Notes under the pieces: generated by a model
Told to the model about the DNA's origin: nothing
Database searches by the model: none
The model's input: the letters and a program-made list of their open reading frames with translations, nothing else
Assembly: GCA_946482465.1 (NCBI GenBank)
Contig: CAMLRL010000004.1
Location: forward strand, 17,441-81,440
Length of the DNA stretch: 64,000 nucleotides
Direction: 5' to 3'
Origin: an uncultured Lactobacillus sp.
Lineage (GTDB): Bacteria; Bacillota; Bacilli; Lactobacillales; Lactobacillaceae
In this document: positions 38,653 through 48,169 of the stretch, piece after piece
How positions within the stretch are numbered: the first letter of the stretch is position 1
Layout: each line of letters begins with the position of its first letter
Program-made: the position numbers and the translations under genes

Positions 38653-39000
38653 ATGGAAATAGGACCATTATCTGAGTGGGTAACAGCCATAGCAGAGATT
38701 GCTGCAGTTTGCGTAGCGCTATTTTTACCTGTCTATGATAAGAAACGTGAAAAAAAGAAAAGAACTCGTAACTTAAAAAAGGTTTTTATATTCCTCATAC
38801 AAAAGGCTTTAGATGAAAATGATATAACTGGTTTGGAGGCCTACTTTAAAATTAGTTATTTAACGATTGATAGTTTAGAAAACAGGGAGATATATGCAGT
38901 AGTTCAGCCTGCATTTGGAATCCTGAAAAATCCTGATACTCCAAAACAGAAAAAAGAAGAGGATCTCAAACCAATACTGGAGTATCTTAATAAAAAATAA
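38653..39000 (+). CDS. Hypothetical single-TM protein
   Basis: RBS GAGGTG; TM segment followed by a basic stretch. Confidence 0.65.
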   Translation: MEIGPLSEWVTAIAEIAAVCVALFLPVYDKKREKKKRTRNLKKVFIFLIQKALDENDITGLEAYFKISYLTIDSLENREIYAVVQPAFGILKNPDTPKQKKEEDLKPILEYLNKK

Positions 39001-39032
39001 AATAGCACTTAGCTTATATTAAGTGCTATTTT
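39000..39032. terminator. Bidirectional terminator
   Basis: AAATAGCACTTA...TAAGTGCTATTT. Confidence 0.8.
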
Positions 39033-39041
39033 TGTTGAACT

Positions 39042-39722
39042 TTAAAACTTAGTTTCTTTAATGTCATCTTCTGGCCGGTGTTCCTGTACCCGGATAATTT
39101 GCCAGTCAAAATCACTTTCAGGAATATCTGCTAAATCAATAGTTAGTTTACCATCTTCATAGCTAAATTTTGGTTCAGTTCGCTTTTCGATCATTTCGAT
39201 TCGGTTAGGTTCAACTGTAATACCGTCTACCACTACTTCTTGTGCTAGTGGTTTTTTAACAAAAACATATTTTTGATATTGCATGTGACGGTTTTGCAAG
39301 ACGAAACCGTTATCGCTAGTGCATGCGCATGGCTCGCTTTCGTTTAAAGCGTGGCCAAAAATGTGCATCCAGTTGTTAATTGCGGTGAACATTTCTGTCG
39401 TGTTTTCACTAAGTGAATTAGCAGAATCCACTTCAACATTGATAAATATGCTGTTGCCATCTTTACGATGATTAATAATTTCATCAATTACATTGTCAGG
39501 AGTTAAATCAACTCCAGTTTGCGCGTCAACTAGGGCAATAGTATATTTAGCACAAGCCTTTTCGAAGTCAGCTTGCAATTGATCAGTTGTAACAGCTCTA
39601 GCCCCAATATTGCGCGCAGTTTTTACTAAAAAATCAGCATCTACATCTTTGGTGCTTTTTAGTTTAAAATTTAAGATAATAGCAAAATCGGGATTCATTA
39701 AATCTCTCTCCTTAATACTCAT
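39042..39722 (-). CDS. Short alpha-L-fucosidase (GH29)-like protein, probably degenerate
   Basis: DADFLVKTARNIGARAV, GNSIFINV and INNWMHIFGHAL echo GH29 blocks, followed by a beta-sandwich-like tail; much shorter than a full enzyme. Confidence 0.45.
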   Translation of the reverse strand: MSIKERDLMNPDFAIILNFKLKSTKDVDADFLVKTARNIGARAVTTDQLQADFEKACAKYTIALVDAQTGVDLTPDNVIDEIINHRKDGNSIFINVEVDSANSLSENTTEMFTAINNWMHIFGHALNESEPCACTSDNGFVLQNRHMQYQKYVFVKKPLAQEVVVDGITVEPNRIEMIEKRTEPKFSYEDGKLTIDLADIPESDFDWQIIRVQEHRPEDDIKETKF

Positions 39723-39760
39723 ACTATTAAGTTTAACCTAAAAGGCGGTAAATACGAAAG

Positions 39761-40528
39761 ATGAAAATTATTATCTCACCAGCAATGAAAATGAAAGTTG
39801 ATACTAATGCCTTTGCAGCGAAATCACAACCACAGTTTTTAACTCAAGCAAAAGAACTATCCGATTTTTTAAAAAAATGCAGTTTTACGCAATTAAAGGC
39901 AATTTGGGGTGGAAGTGACCGCACTACTGAAGAAGGACAAAAACAACTCACTGCCCTGGACATAACTGAAGTAGAGGGCTTAACGCCAGCAATTATCTCG
40001 TATTCAGGTATTCAATATCAGTACATGGCACCAGACTTGTTTACAGCTGAAGCCTTGGCATACCTGCAGAAAAATGTGCGCATTTTGTCTGGCCTCTATG
40101 GTGTTTTGCGGCCATTTGATGGTGTGTGGCCATACCGTTTAGAGATGAAGAATAAAGTTTTAGGTTTTAGAGAACCAAACCTTTATAAATATTGGGGCGA
40201 AACTTTGGCCGATAACCTCTTTGATAAAAATGATGTTGTAATTAATTTAGCTTCAAAGGAATATTCAAAGAATATTGCGCCATACTTATCTGATAAACGA
40301 CAAATGATTACAATTGATTTTCAGGAACAAAAAAATGGGCAATGGAAGACGGTAGGCGTTCATGCCAAAATGGCACGAGGCGAAATGGTTCGCTTTATTT
40401 CAGAAAACGAACTCAAGCAGCCAGAAGAATTACAGCAATTTGATGATTTTGGCTTTCAGTTTATTGCGGAAGAAAGCACAGCTAGTAGGTATGTTTTTCG
40501 AACAGACTTTGATTTTAAGCGACATTAA
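39761..40528 (+). CDS. yaaA: Peroxide stress protein YaaA (DUF328)
   Basis: IIISPA.KM, ILSGLYGVLRP.D...PYRLEM, INLASKEY, AKMARGEM. Confidence 0.92.
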   Translation: MKIIISPAMKMKVDTNAFAAKSQPQFLTQAKELSDFLKKCSFTQLKAIWGGSDRTTEEGQKQLTALDITEVEGLTPAIISYSGIQYQYMAPDLFTAEALAYLQKNVRILSGLYGVLRPFDGVWPYRLEMKNKVLGFREPNLYKYWGETLADNLFDKNDVVINLASKEYSKNIAPYLSDKRQMITIDFQEQKNGQWKTVGVHAKMARGEMVRFISENELKQPEELQQFDDFGFQFIAEESTASRYVFRTDFDFKRH

Positions 40529-40557
40529 TACCGATAAGTTAGCAAATGGAGATTAGC

Positions 40558-41163
40558 ATGGAAATTGTTTTTGTACGGCACGGTCAGACAGATTTAAATA
40601 AAACTAGGAAAATTCAGGGGTCACGGTTTGATCATGATCTTGACCAGGAAGGGCGTACATATGCAGAAGAAGCTGCAGCAAATTTTGATCCTAATCAATT
40701 TGATCTTGTATTTTGTAGTCCGATGAAAAGGGCGATGACGACAGCACAAATTTTTACTAAAGGACAAAAAGAAATAATTACTGATGAGCGCTTAGTAGAG
40801 TTCAATTTCGGTGAGTGGGACGGAGAATACTTAACGGAATTAGGAAAAAAGTATCCGGATGCGCTTGATCCATGGGGAAAAGCGGCAGCTAATTACGTTA
40901 AATACGCGCCACATGGCGAAACCTTTGCGGAACTTGATCGACGTTGCGGCAGTTTCCTGGATGAATTGCAGGAAAAATATCTCGATAAAAAGATTTTAGT
41001 TGTTTGTCATGGCACGTTAATTAGAATGATGTTTGCCCACTATTTTACGGCCGGAGATATCAACGCATTTGAAACCATTGATAACTGCGCATTAGCTAAA
41101 ATCTCATACCGTGATCATGTGGCCCGGATAAACTATTACAATCGATTATTAGTACTTAAATAA
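40558..41163 (+). CDS. Histidine phosphatase family protein
   Basis: VRHGQT, SPMKRA..T, E.NFGEWDG, VVCHG. Confidence 0.92.
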   Translation: MEIVFVRHGQTDLNKTRKIQGSRFDHDLDQEGRTYAEEAAANFDPNQFDLVFCSPMKRAMTTAQIFTKGQKEIITDERLVEFNFGEWDGEYLTELGKKYPDALDPWGKAAANYVKYAPHGETFAELDRRCGSFLDELQEKYLDKKILVVCHGTLIRMMFAHYFTAGDINAFETIDNCALAKISYRDHVARINYYNRLLVLK

Positions 41164-41241
41164 ATAGGGAAAAGAGTTCGAGTAGGAACTCTTTTTTATT
41201 ACTCAATTTTTAACCAAGTAAAAATTGCAAGAGCTTTTTGA

Positions 41242-41294
41242 TTGACGGAAAAAATTATAAGAGTTAATATTTTTCCAAAGTGACACGATGTCAC
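41242..41294 (+). promoter_or_regulatory. Promoter plus HrtR-type operator GTGACA-CGA-TGTCAC
   Basis: TTGACG-17-TAATAT; 15-bp palindrome at 41280-41294. Confidence 0.8.
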
Positions 41295-41316
41295 TTTTTG
41301 AAAGGGAGATGAGGAA

Positions 41317-41838
41317 ATGGTAAAACCAACTTTCGTAAATTTACCGCAGGACAAAAAAGAAAAAATTGCACAGGCTTTACTCAACGAATTTAGCAATCAT
41401 CCGTTGGCTGAGGCACAGGTGGCCCGGATTGTTAAAGAGGCTGAAATTGCACGTGGAGCTTTTTATAAGTACTTTGAAGATTTGTCTGATGCTTACAGAT
41501 ATTTGTATCAGCTCGCAATGAAAGAGATTCATTCTTTTGTTAAGGCGCCAGTGGTCTATCAGCCTGAAATTTTTTATCAAAATGTGGTTGATTTTATTGA
41601 TCAAACGCAAGGTAGTAAATATGCCAAATTAGTTAAAATGCACATGTTGTATAACGAGAGCACAGTTAGTGAACCATTTCCTCAGGAAGTGTTAGTTAAA
41701 TTAAGTCCACAAAATTGGAGCGCCATGGTTCTCAGTCATGTTGCTATTAGGGAAATACTGGCTGAACCAGCGCAAAAGGAGCTTGTTTTGTCTAAGCTTA
41801 AGGTGGGCTTGACGCTACTTAAAAAGGAGTCAGATTAA
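41317..41838 (+). CDS. hrtR: TetR family heme-responsive repressor, HrtR-like
   Basis: PTF.NL..DKK..I....LNEF, IARGAFYKYFEDL, His72 in EIH, second His at 141. Confidence 0.7.
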   Translation: MVKPTFVNLPQDKKEKIAQALLNEFSNHPLAEAQVARIVKEAEIARGAFYKYFEDLSDAYRYLYQLAMKEIHSFVKAPVVYQPEIFYQNVVDFIDQTQGSKYAKLVKMHMLYNESTVSEPFPQEVLVKLSPQNWSAMVLSHVAIREILAEPAQKELVLSKLKVGLTLLKKESD

Positions 41839-42899
41839 TGTTTTTAGCGATTAAAGAAATTAAACGGGAAAAGTTGCGTTATGGATTGATCATTTTAATG
41901 ATTTTCCTAATCAGCTACTTAATCTTTATCTTATCGTCACTAGCAGTTGGTTTAGCGAGTGAAAATACGCAGGCAATTGAGTCTTGGGATGCCAAGCAAG
42001 TCGTATTAAATAAAAATGCTAATGTGAGCATGAGTCAATCACTTTTAACTAAAGATGATTTGAGTAAAACAAAGCTAACTAAAAATGAAGCCTTACTTGG
42101 TCAGACACCTGTAGTTGCTAAAAACAGTAACCGCCCACAGGTTTCGGCCCAGTTTATTGGGGTAAAGAAAGATCAGTTTATTTACGATGATCAAGAATTA
42201 ATTGCTGGTAGAAAAGCCAAAAAAGATCGCGAAGTTGTGGTCGATCAAGCCTTTCAGACAAAAGGTTATAAGCTAGGTGACAAGCTTGAATTAAACGGCT
42301 CCGCAAACAAGTATCGTATTGTTGGTTTTGTCAAAAATGCCAAAATAAATATTGCACCAATTATTTATGGTTCGTTAGCAAGTTGGCGCAAATTACGTCA
42401 AGGGATGCCTAATATAAAGGCATCTGCAATAATTTCACGGAATGCAAATTATAGTTATAATCATGCTAACAGTAAGACTTACCCGATTGCTCAGTTCATT
42501 AAAAAGCTGCCGGGTTACACAGCTCAAAACATGACTTTCCAATTAATGATTGGCTTTCTGTTCGTTATTTCGTTAATTATCATTGCAGTCTTTTTATATA
42601 TTCTGACAATGCAAAAAATGCATAATTTTGCTGTAATGAGGGCTCAGGGGATTCCAAGTAGAACTTTAGTAGCAGCAACAGTCAGTCAATCGGTTATTTT
42701 GGTTGTAGTTGGAGTAATTATTGGTTTGGCTGCAATGTGGTTAACAGCAAAAGTTCTGCCTGCTGCGGTTCCAATGAGCTTTACACCACAAATTATTTTA
42801 AGTGGAACATGCGGCATGCTATTAACTGGAATTATCGGTAGCTTAATTCCAGTTAGATCAATTTTAAAGGTAGATCCGGCTAAGGCGATAGGTGAATAA
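41838..42899 (+). CDS. hrtB: FtsX/MacB-type ABC permease, HrtB-like
   Basis: MFLAIKEI..EKLRY; one TM, a large extracellular domain and three TMs; FLYILTMQK. Confidence 0.75.
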   Translation: MFLAIKEIKREKLRYGLIILMIFLISYLIFILSSLAVGLASENTQAIESWDAKQVVLNKNANVSMSQSLLTKDDLSKTKLTKNEALLGQTPVVAKNSNRPQVSAQFIGVKKDQFIYDDQELIAGRKAKKDREVVVDQAFQTKGYKLGDKLELNGSANKYRIVGFVKNAKINIAPIIYGSLASWRKLRQGMPNIKASAIISRNANYSYNHANSKTYPIAQFIKKLPGYTAQNMTFQLMIGFLFVISLIIIAVFLYILTMQKMHNFAVMRAQGIPSRTLVAATVSQSVILVVVGVIIGLAAMWLTAKVLPAAVPMSFTPQIILSGTCGMLLTGIIGSLIPVRSILKVDPAKAIGE

Positions 42900-42900
42900 A

Positions 42901-43575
42901 ATGGCAGTTATTGAATTAAAAAATGTTCAAAAAGTATACGGAACAGGTGCGGCAGAAGTTCAGGCACTCAAGCAAATAGATTTCAAAGCCAATGAAGGCA
43001 AAGTCGTCCTAATCATGGGACCGTCTGGAGCAGGTAAAAGCACCTTTTTAACGATCGCAGGTTCTTTACAAAAACCAACTTCTGGACAGGTTTACATTAA
43101 CGGTGAAGATATTGCTAATATTTCTGCTAAGCAAAGTAATGCATTGCGTTTGAATCAGATTGGTTTTGTTTTGCAGGCATACAACTTGATTCCTTTTTTA
43201 ACAGTTAAAGAGCAGTTTGAACTTGTTGATCATGTAAAAAAGCAGGGCAACCTTGACCAAGCAATAATGGACAAGTTGTTAGAACAGTTGGGAATTGCTG
43301 GACTAATAAATAAGTATCCGAGTGAGCTGTCTGGAGGGCAGCAGCAACGTGCCGCGATTGCTCGGGCTCTTTATGCCAACCCTAAAATTTTACTAGCAGA
43401 TGAGCCGACAGCATCACTTGATAGTAAAAATGTAGATGAAGTTGGTCAATTGTTCAAAAACCTTGCCCAAAACTACCAAAAGGCAGTAATTTTAGTGACC
43501 CATGACCCGAGGTTGGAAAAATATGCTGATCATATTTACGAAATGATGGATGGGGAAATGATAAAAAAACAGTAG
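42901..43575 (+). CDS. hrtA: ABC ATPase, HrtA-like
   Basis: GPSGAGKST, LSGGQQQR, LADEPTASLD, VTHD. Confidence 0.8.
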   Translation: MAVIELKNVQKVYGTGAAEVQALKQIDFKANEGKVVLIMGPSGAGKSTFLTIAGSLQKPTSGQVYINGEDIANISAKQSNALRLNQIGFVLQAYNLIPFLTVKEQFELVDHVKKQGNLDQAIMDKLLEQLGIAGLINKYPSELSGGQQQRAAIARALYANPKILLADEPTASLDSKNVDEVGQLFKNLAQNYQKAVILVTHDPRLEKYADHIYEMMDGEMIKKQ

Positions 43576-44060
43576 TTCTTTAATTGGTATATACCTTTCA
43601 TAGCTGGCTTAATTATTTTGTTATTGTATACGATCATTTTCAACAATGATTAAACTGGCTATTTTTTATTGCTTTTTATATAGTAAATTTCCACTCTACG
43701 GGTTCATTATCAAGTAACATTATTCGTTGAGGCTATTAGAGAAACTAATAATTTTAGGTATAAAATAGCACATTGATCTTGACAAAATAGTTTTAAATTT
43801 ACTATTCTTATCATTGGATAATTAATTGTTATTTTATGAGATGGTACTGTTGTCAATTCAATAAACAGATTAAAAATGAGGTTTCTTTAAGACAGTTATT
43901 AGTCATTTGAGCCGAAATGTTCTTTTAAGAGAAAATAGCAAAAAATTATGTTAAAGAAGATGTTTTTGTATTGTGGAGTCGCGATTTTACGCCATAGCAA
44001 ATAGCTATAGAAAAATGAGTGACAAGCCAAGAGTTAAGTAATGAAAAATTGAGGTAGAAA

Positions 44061-44279
44061 ATGGAACTTCCAGAAGATAAAGCAATTGAAATAACAACAG
44101 ATTATGAGAATCAAAGTATTAACTTGAGATTTTCTGACAATTTAACGGATGATCGCGAGAGAGGCTATATTTTATCAGCTGCATTCTTTTCATTTTGCGC
44201 ATCACAAGGTTTAAGCAAAGACGAAATTGGCGATATGGTCTCGTCATATTACGATGAATTTTCAGATAACGAAAATTAA
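44061..44279 (+). CDS. Small acidic hypothetical protein
   Basis: RBS GAGGT; 72 codons with normal codon usage. Confidence 0.7.
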   Translation: MELPEDKAIEITTDYENQSINLRFSDNLTDDRERGYILSAAFFSFCASQGLSKDEIGDMVSSYYDEFSDNEN

Positions 44280-44370
44280 AGAGTTTTCTGCGGGTATGGG
44301 CAGTTTAATGACTTGATTGCCAGCGAGCAGGGAAAATTATGGGTACTAAATTAATCAAGGAAAAAACCTT

Positions 44371-45009
44371 ATGGCAAGAAAAAAAGAAATTGGGAAAAAG
44401 AAAATTTTAGCTATTGCTTATAAAATGGTTGTTAAAGATGGTATTGAAAGCTTAACTGCCCGAAATATTGCTAAAGTAGGCCACTTTTCAACACAGCCAT
44501 TGTATCTTGAGTTTGAGAGCATGGACGAATTGCGCAACGAGGTTTTGCGTCAAATTGCGGACAACCTTAGAAGTAATATTTTGCAAAAGCAATACACCAG
44601 TGAACCTATGGTAGATATGGATTTGTCGTACATTGAATTTGCTGAGCAACATGAAAATCTTTTTCGTGCAATGTTTGTTGATGGAAAGTTTGGCAGTAAA
44701 GTTATTTCAGATACTTTGATTGAGCTCGGAATTATTAAGTTTAAAGAGCAGTATCCGGATGACAGTCATACAAATGAAAAAATCAAAAATATTGTAATTG
44801 CCAATTGGATTACCACTATCGGAATTGCGTCTTTAATCGTTAATGACATTGCAAGCTTTTCGCAAACGCAAATCGTAAATGTGCTGTCTGCACAGCTTAA
44901 TGATGCAGTTATTAACGATTGGCTAAGTGAGACTAGCACCGTTTCTCTGTTCGATACTGATGATGTTAAAGAAGCTAGAGCAAAAAAGAAGAAAAACCAC
45001 AAAAAATAA
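44371..45009 (+). CDS. TetR/AcrR family transcriptional regulator
   Basis: GIESLTARNIAKVGHFSTQPLYLEF HTH. Confidence 0.88.
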   Translation: MARKKEIGKKKILAIAYKMVVKDGIESLTARNIAKVGHFSTQPLYLEFESMDELRNEVLRQIADNLRSNILQKQYTSEPMVDMDLSYIEFAEQHENLFRAMFVDGKFGSKVISDTLIELGIIKFKEQYPDDSHTNEKIKNIVIANWITTIGIASLIVNDIASFSQTQIVNVLSAQLNDAVINDWLSETSTVSLFDTDDVKEARAKKKKNHKK

Positions 45010-45152
45010 TTTTTTAATATAAAGCCATATATAACAAAGGTTATAGAATAAAAAATTAAACTTCTGTAGGCGTACGGTTATGTTTTTTGTTCAAAAATTA
45101 GAGATGATGTTATAATTATTTAAGAAATTATTTTTCTTGAAAGGTGGTTTTT

Positions 45153-45692
45153 ATGAAAATTCTTGCATTATCTGGTTCAAATGCCAATAATTCATTTAAT
45201 GAAGCATTGCTTAAGTTTATCTCTAAGGAATTTGCTAACAAATATGACTTTAAATTAGCAACTGTTAAAGGTTTACCAATGTTTAAAGAAGGTGAAGACG
45301 TTCCTGAAGCTATTCAAACTTTGACTAAAGAAATTGAAGATGCTGATTTGGTCTTAATTGGTTCACCAGAGCAACAACACTCTGTAACTAGTGCTTTAAG
45401 TAGCACACTTGAATGGTTATCAAGTGCAACACATCCATTTAAGGGTAAACCTGTTGCTATTGTTTCAACTTCTCCAATGCCTCAAGGTGCTTCACGTTCA
45501 CAAAGTCGTTTGAAGAGCTTGATGACTGCACCTGGTTTTGGTGCTAAGATCTTTAACGGCGATGAGTTTATGATGGGTGTTGCACCTCAACAATTTGATG
45601 AAAATGGTGACTTAACTGATAAGTCTTCTGTTGAATTCTTAGGTCACTTCTTCGATGAAGTTGATAGTTGGTACGCACAAGTTACTAAGTAG
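45153..45692 (+). CDS. nfr1: NAD(P)H-dependent flavin reductase subunit 1
   Basis: [15 protein letters not shown]...L...LEWLSS..HPF..KPV and GDEFMMG; matches the L. johnsonii Nfr1 pattern as recalled. Confidence 0.8.
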   Translation: MKILALSGSNANNSFNEALLKFISKEFANKYDFKLATVKGLPMFKEGEDVPEAIQTLTKEIEDADLVLIGSPEQQHSVTSALSSTLEWLSSATHPFKGKPVAIVSTSPMPQGASRSQSRLKSLMTAPGFGAKIFNGDEFMMGVAPQQFDENGDLTDKSSVEFLGHFFDEVDSWYAQVTK

Positions 45693-45703
45693 GAGGACCA
45701 AGA

Positions 45704-46252
45704 ATGAAAATTTTAGCAATTGTTGGTACAAACGCTGATTTCTCATACAATCGTTTTTTAGCAAAGTTTATTGCTAAGCGTTACGGTGACAAAGCAGAGA
45801 TTGAAGTAAAAGAAATTGATAAGTTAACACCATTCTGTAGAACAGAAATGGCTGATGAAACTATTAAACCTTGGATTGAAGACGTTAAGAATGCTGATGG
45901 TATCATCATCACTACACCAGAATACGACCACACTATTCCTGCTGCATTAAAGAGTAGTCTTGAATGGTTAGGTTCACACGCTGGCCCTAATGTAATGAAG
46001 ATGAAGCCAGTTGCTGTTGCTGGTGCTTCATACGGTACACAAGGTACTGGTCGTGCACAAGAAGATATGCGTGAAATTTTACTTTCACCAGATATGAGTG
46101 CTAACGTTTTACCAGGTAACGAAGTTTTGATTGGTCAAGCCCCAAGCAAGTTTGACAAGCAAACTGGAGAATTAACTGACGAAGCAACAATCAAACAATT
46201 AGATGGTATGATGGATAACTTCTTCAAGTTCATTGAACAAGCAAATAAATAA
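45704..46252 (+). CDS. nfr2: NAD(P)H-dependent flavin reductase subunit 2
   Basis: IVGTNADFSYNRFL, TPEYDH, RAQEDMREILLSPD.SANVLPGNEVLIG. Confidence 0.8.
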   Translation: MKILAIVGTNADFSYNRFLAKFIAKRYGDKAEIEVKEIDKLTPFCRTEMADETIKPWIEDVKNADGIIITTPEYDHTIPAALKSSLEWLGSHAGPNVMKMKPVAVAGASYGTQGTGRAQEDMREILLSPDMSANVLPGNEVLIGQAPSKFDKQTGELTDEATIKQLDGMMDNFFKFIEQANK

Positions 46253-46280
46253 TATTTTGCTAGGTTGTTTAGCAGAGAGT

Positions 46281-46317
46281 AAAATAACCGGATAGGATTA
46301 ACTATCCGGTTATTTTT
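46281..46317 (+). terminator. Intrinsic terminator
   Basis: AAAATAACCGGATAG...CTATCCGGTTATTTT. Confidence 0.85.
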
Positions 46318-46336
46318 GTCAGGAAGGAAATTGTCG

Positions 46337-47128
46337 ATGACTGCCCCAATTGTATTGCCAATAAAATCTGTTCGTAATCCCCGTGATGTTGGAGGATATG
46401 TAGGATCTGATGGCCGTAAAATTCGAACACACTGTTTACTGAGGACTGGTAATATGAGTGAAATAACGCCAGCTGATGAGCAGTTTTTGCTAGATTACGG
46501 CTTACACACAATTATTGATTTACGTTCACCAGCTGAATGTAAAAAAAGTCCTGATAAAGAGCTGGACAATGTTGAGCACTATGCTTGTCCGCTTTCTGCT
46601 GAAGATAATACTGGTGGGCAGGGACAGAATATGAGTAAAGAATTTGCTGAGTATCGTAAAGACCAATATGCAGGTTTTAAGTTGATGTGCCGCCGCTATC
46701 ATCACCATATCCTTAACAAGTCAGCCCAACAAAGCTTTCATCATATTATTGAATTGATAGCAGAAAATGATGACGGGGCAATTCTTTACCATTGTTCTGA
46801 AGGTAAGGACCGCACAGGTCTGGTAACGATTATCATTTTATACATTTTAGGCGTAGATATGGAGGTAATTCGCCAGGACTATCTTTATTCAAACTACATG
46901 TTGAATGATTATCGTGCAGTTCGTGACCAGCACTTTAAACAGGCGGGAGAAAATGACAATTTCCGCGCCAATATGCGTGTCTTAGGTTCGGTTGCGAATT
47001 CTTATTTTGACACCAGCTTAATCACTATTAATGAAAATTTTGGTGGTCTTGATTCATACATTACTAATGAACTTGAGATTGATGACCAAATGCAAGAACT
47101 AATTAGAGAAAAATACTTGGAGAAATAG
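46337..47128 (+). CDS. Tyrosine/dual-specificity phosphatase family protein
   Basis: N.RD.GGY, IDLRS..E, P-loop HCSEGKDRTG, DYLYSN. Confidence 0.9.
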   Translation: MTAPIVLPIKSVRNPRDVGGYVGSDGRKIRTHCLLRTGNMSEITPADEQFLLDYGLHTIIDLRSPAECKKSPDKELDNVEHYACPLSAEDNTGGQGQNMSKEFAEYRKDQYAGFKLMCRRYHHHILNKSAQQSFHHIIELIAENDDGAILYHCSEGKDRTGLVTIIILYILGVDMEVIRQDYLYSNYMLNDYRAVRDQHFKQAGENDNFRANMRVLGSVANSYFDTSLITINENFGGLDSYITNELEIDDQMQELIREKYLEK

Positions 47129-47136
47129 AAAACATA

Positions 47137-48066
47137 ATGATTGAAAATTTAACTTTAGAGCAGGCAACAGGGCAGCATCAGGCCTTAGGAACCGCAATTA
47201 CTTTGCAAATTTTTGGTACAACTGATGATACTTTGATTAATGAAACGTTTGATCTGATTGATCACTACGAAGATTTATTGACGGTAAATCGTGAAAATTC
47301 AGAAGTAATGGATATTAATCATGCTGCGGGTAAGGAACCAGTTCAGGTTTCAAGTGCTGTCTATGGTTTGGTTAAGTTAGCGGTTGAACAAAGCCGAGAA
47401 AACTTTGGCTTTAATGCACTAATTGGTCCGTTAGTTAAGCTGTGGGCAATTGGCTTTAAGGATGCACATGTTCCAACTGATGAACAAATACAAGAAAAAA
47501 TGAAATTAATTGATCCATTTAGTGTTGAATTAGATGATGAAAATCAAACAGTCTACTTGAAGAAACCAGGGATGGAACTCGACTTAGGTGGCATTGCTAA
47601 GGGCTGGATTGCTGATCGAATTCGTGACTTTTGGCATGCTTACGGCGTCAGAGCTGGCATCATCAATCTGGGTGGTAACATTTTGCTTGTTAATGATTCG
47701 CCTAAGCGTACGAGTGGTCAATGGACAGTTGGCATTCAAGATCCTAAGAAGCCACGTGGCAATAACATTTCAACGGTAACAGTTCCAGAGTGCTCAGCTG
47801 TGACCAGTGGTACTTATGAGCGTTATTTAGTTGTAGATGGTCATAAGTATCATCATTTGATTGATCCAAGAACTGGCTATCCAGTAGAAACTGATTTGGC
47901 TGGTATAACTACCTTTACCAAGGACTCAGTTGAAGCCGAAATCGAATGCAAGCGTCTTTTCTTCGCAGGACATCCAATTGAAGGCTGGCATGACAATCCT
48001 GATCGAATTGGTGCAGTTTTTGTATATAATGATGAACACGTTGAACATGATAATTTTGATCAGTAG
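47137..48066 (+). CDS. apbE: FAD:protein FMN transferase (ApbE family), no signal peptide
   Basis: DLGGIAKG, INLGGN, W.VGIQDP, TSG.YER, HHLIDPRTGYP. Confidence 0.9.
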   Translation: MIENLTLEQATGQHQALGTAITLQIFGTTDDTLINETFDLIDHYEDLLTVNRENSEVMDINHAAGKEPVQVSSAVYGLVKLAVEQSRENFGFNALIGPLVKLWAIGFKDAHVPTDEQIQEKMKLIDPFSVELDDENQTVYLKKPGMELDLGGIAKGWIADRIRDFWHAYGVRAGIINLGGNILLVNDSPKRTSGQWTVGIQDPKKPRGNNISTVTVPECSAVTSGTYERYLVVDGHKYHHLIDPRTGYPVETDLAGITTFTKDSVEAEIECKRLFFAGHPIEGWHDNPDRIGAVFVYNDEHVEHDNFDQ

Positions 48067-48119
48067 AGATTTAAAGCTGCTTTTACGATATTGTAAAAGC
48101 AGTTTTTTATTAAGTAACA

Positions 48120-48156
48120 AAAAAACGAAGCTGAGATTTAACCAGCTTCGTTTTTT
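48120..48156. terminator. Bidirectional terminator
   Basis: AAAAAACGAAGCTG...CAGCTTCGTTTTTT. Confidence 0.8.
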
Positions 48157-48169
48157 AAAATAATTGAAT

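Noticed and set aside
43836-44004. Two short ORFs (24 and 18 codons) in the long intergenic region
   Set aside because: No convincing RBS, no biased codon content and no linked attenuator structure.
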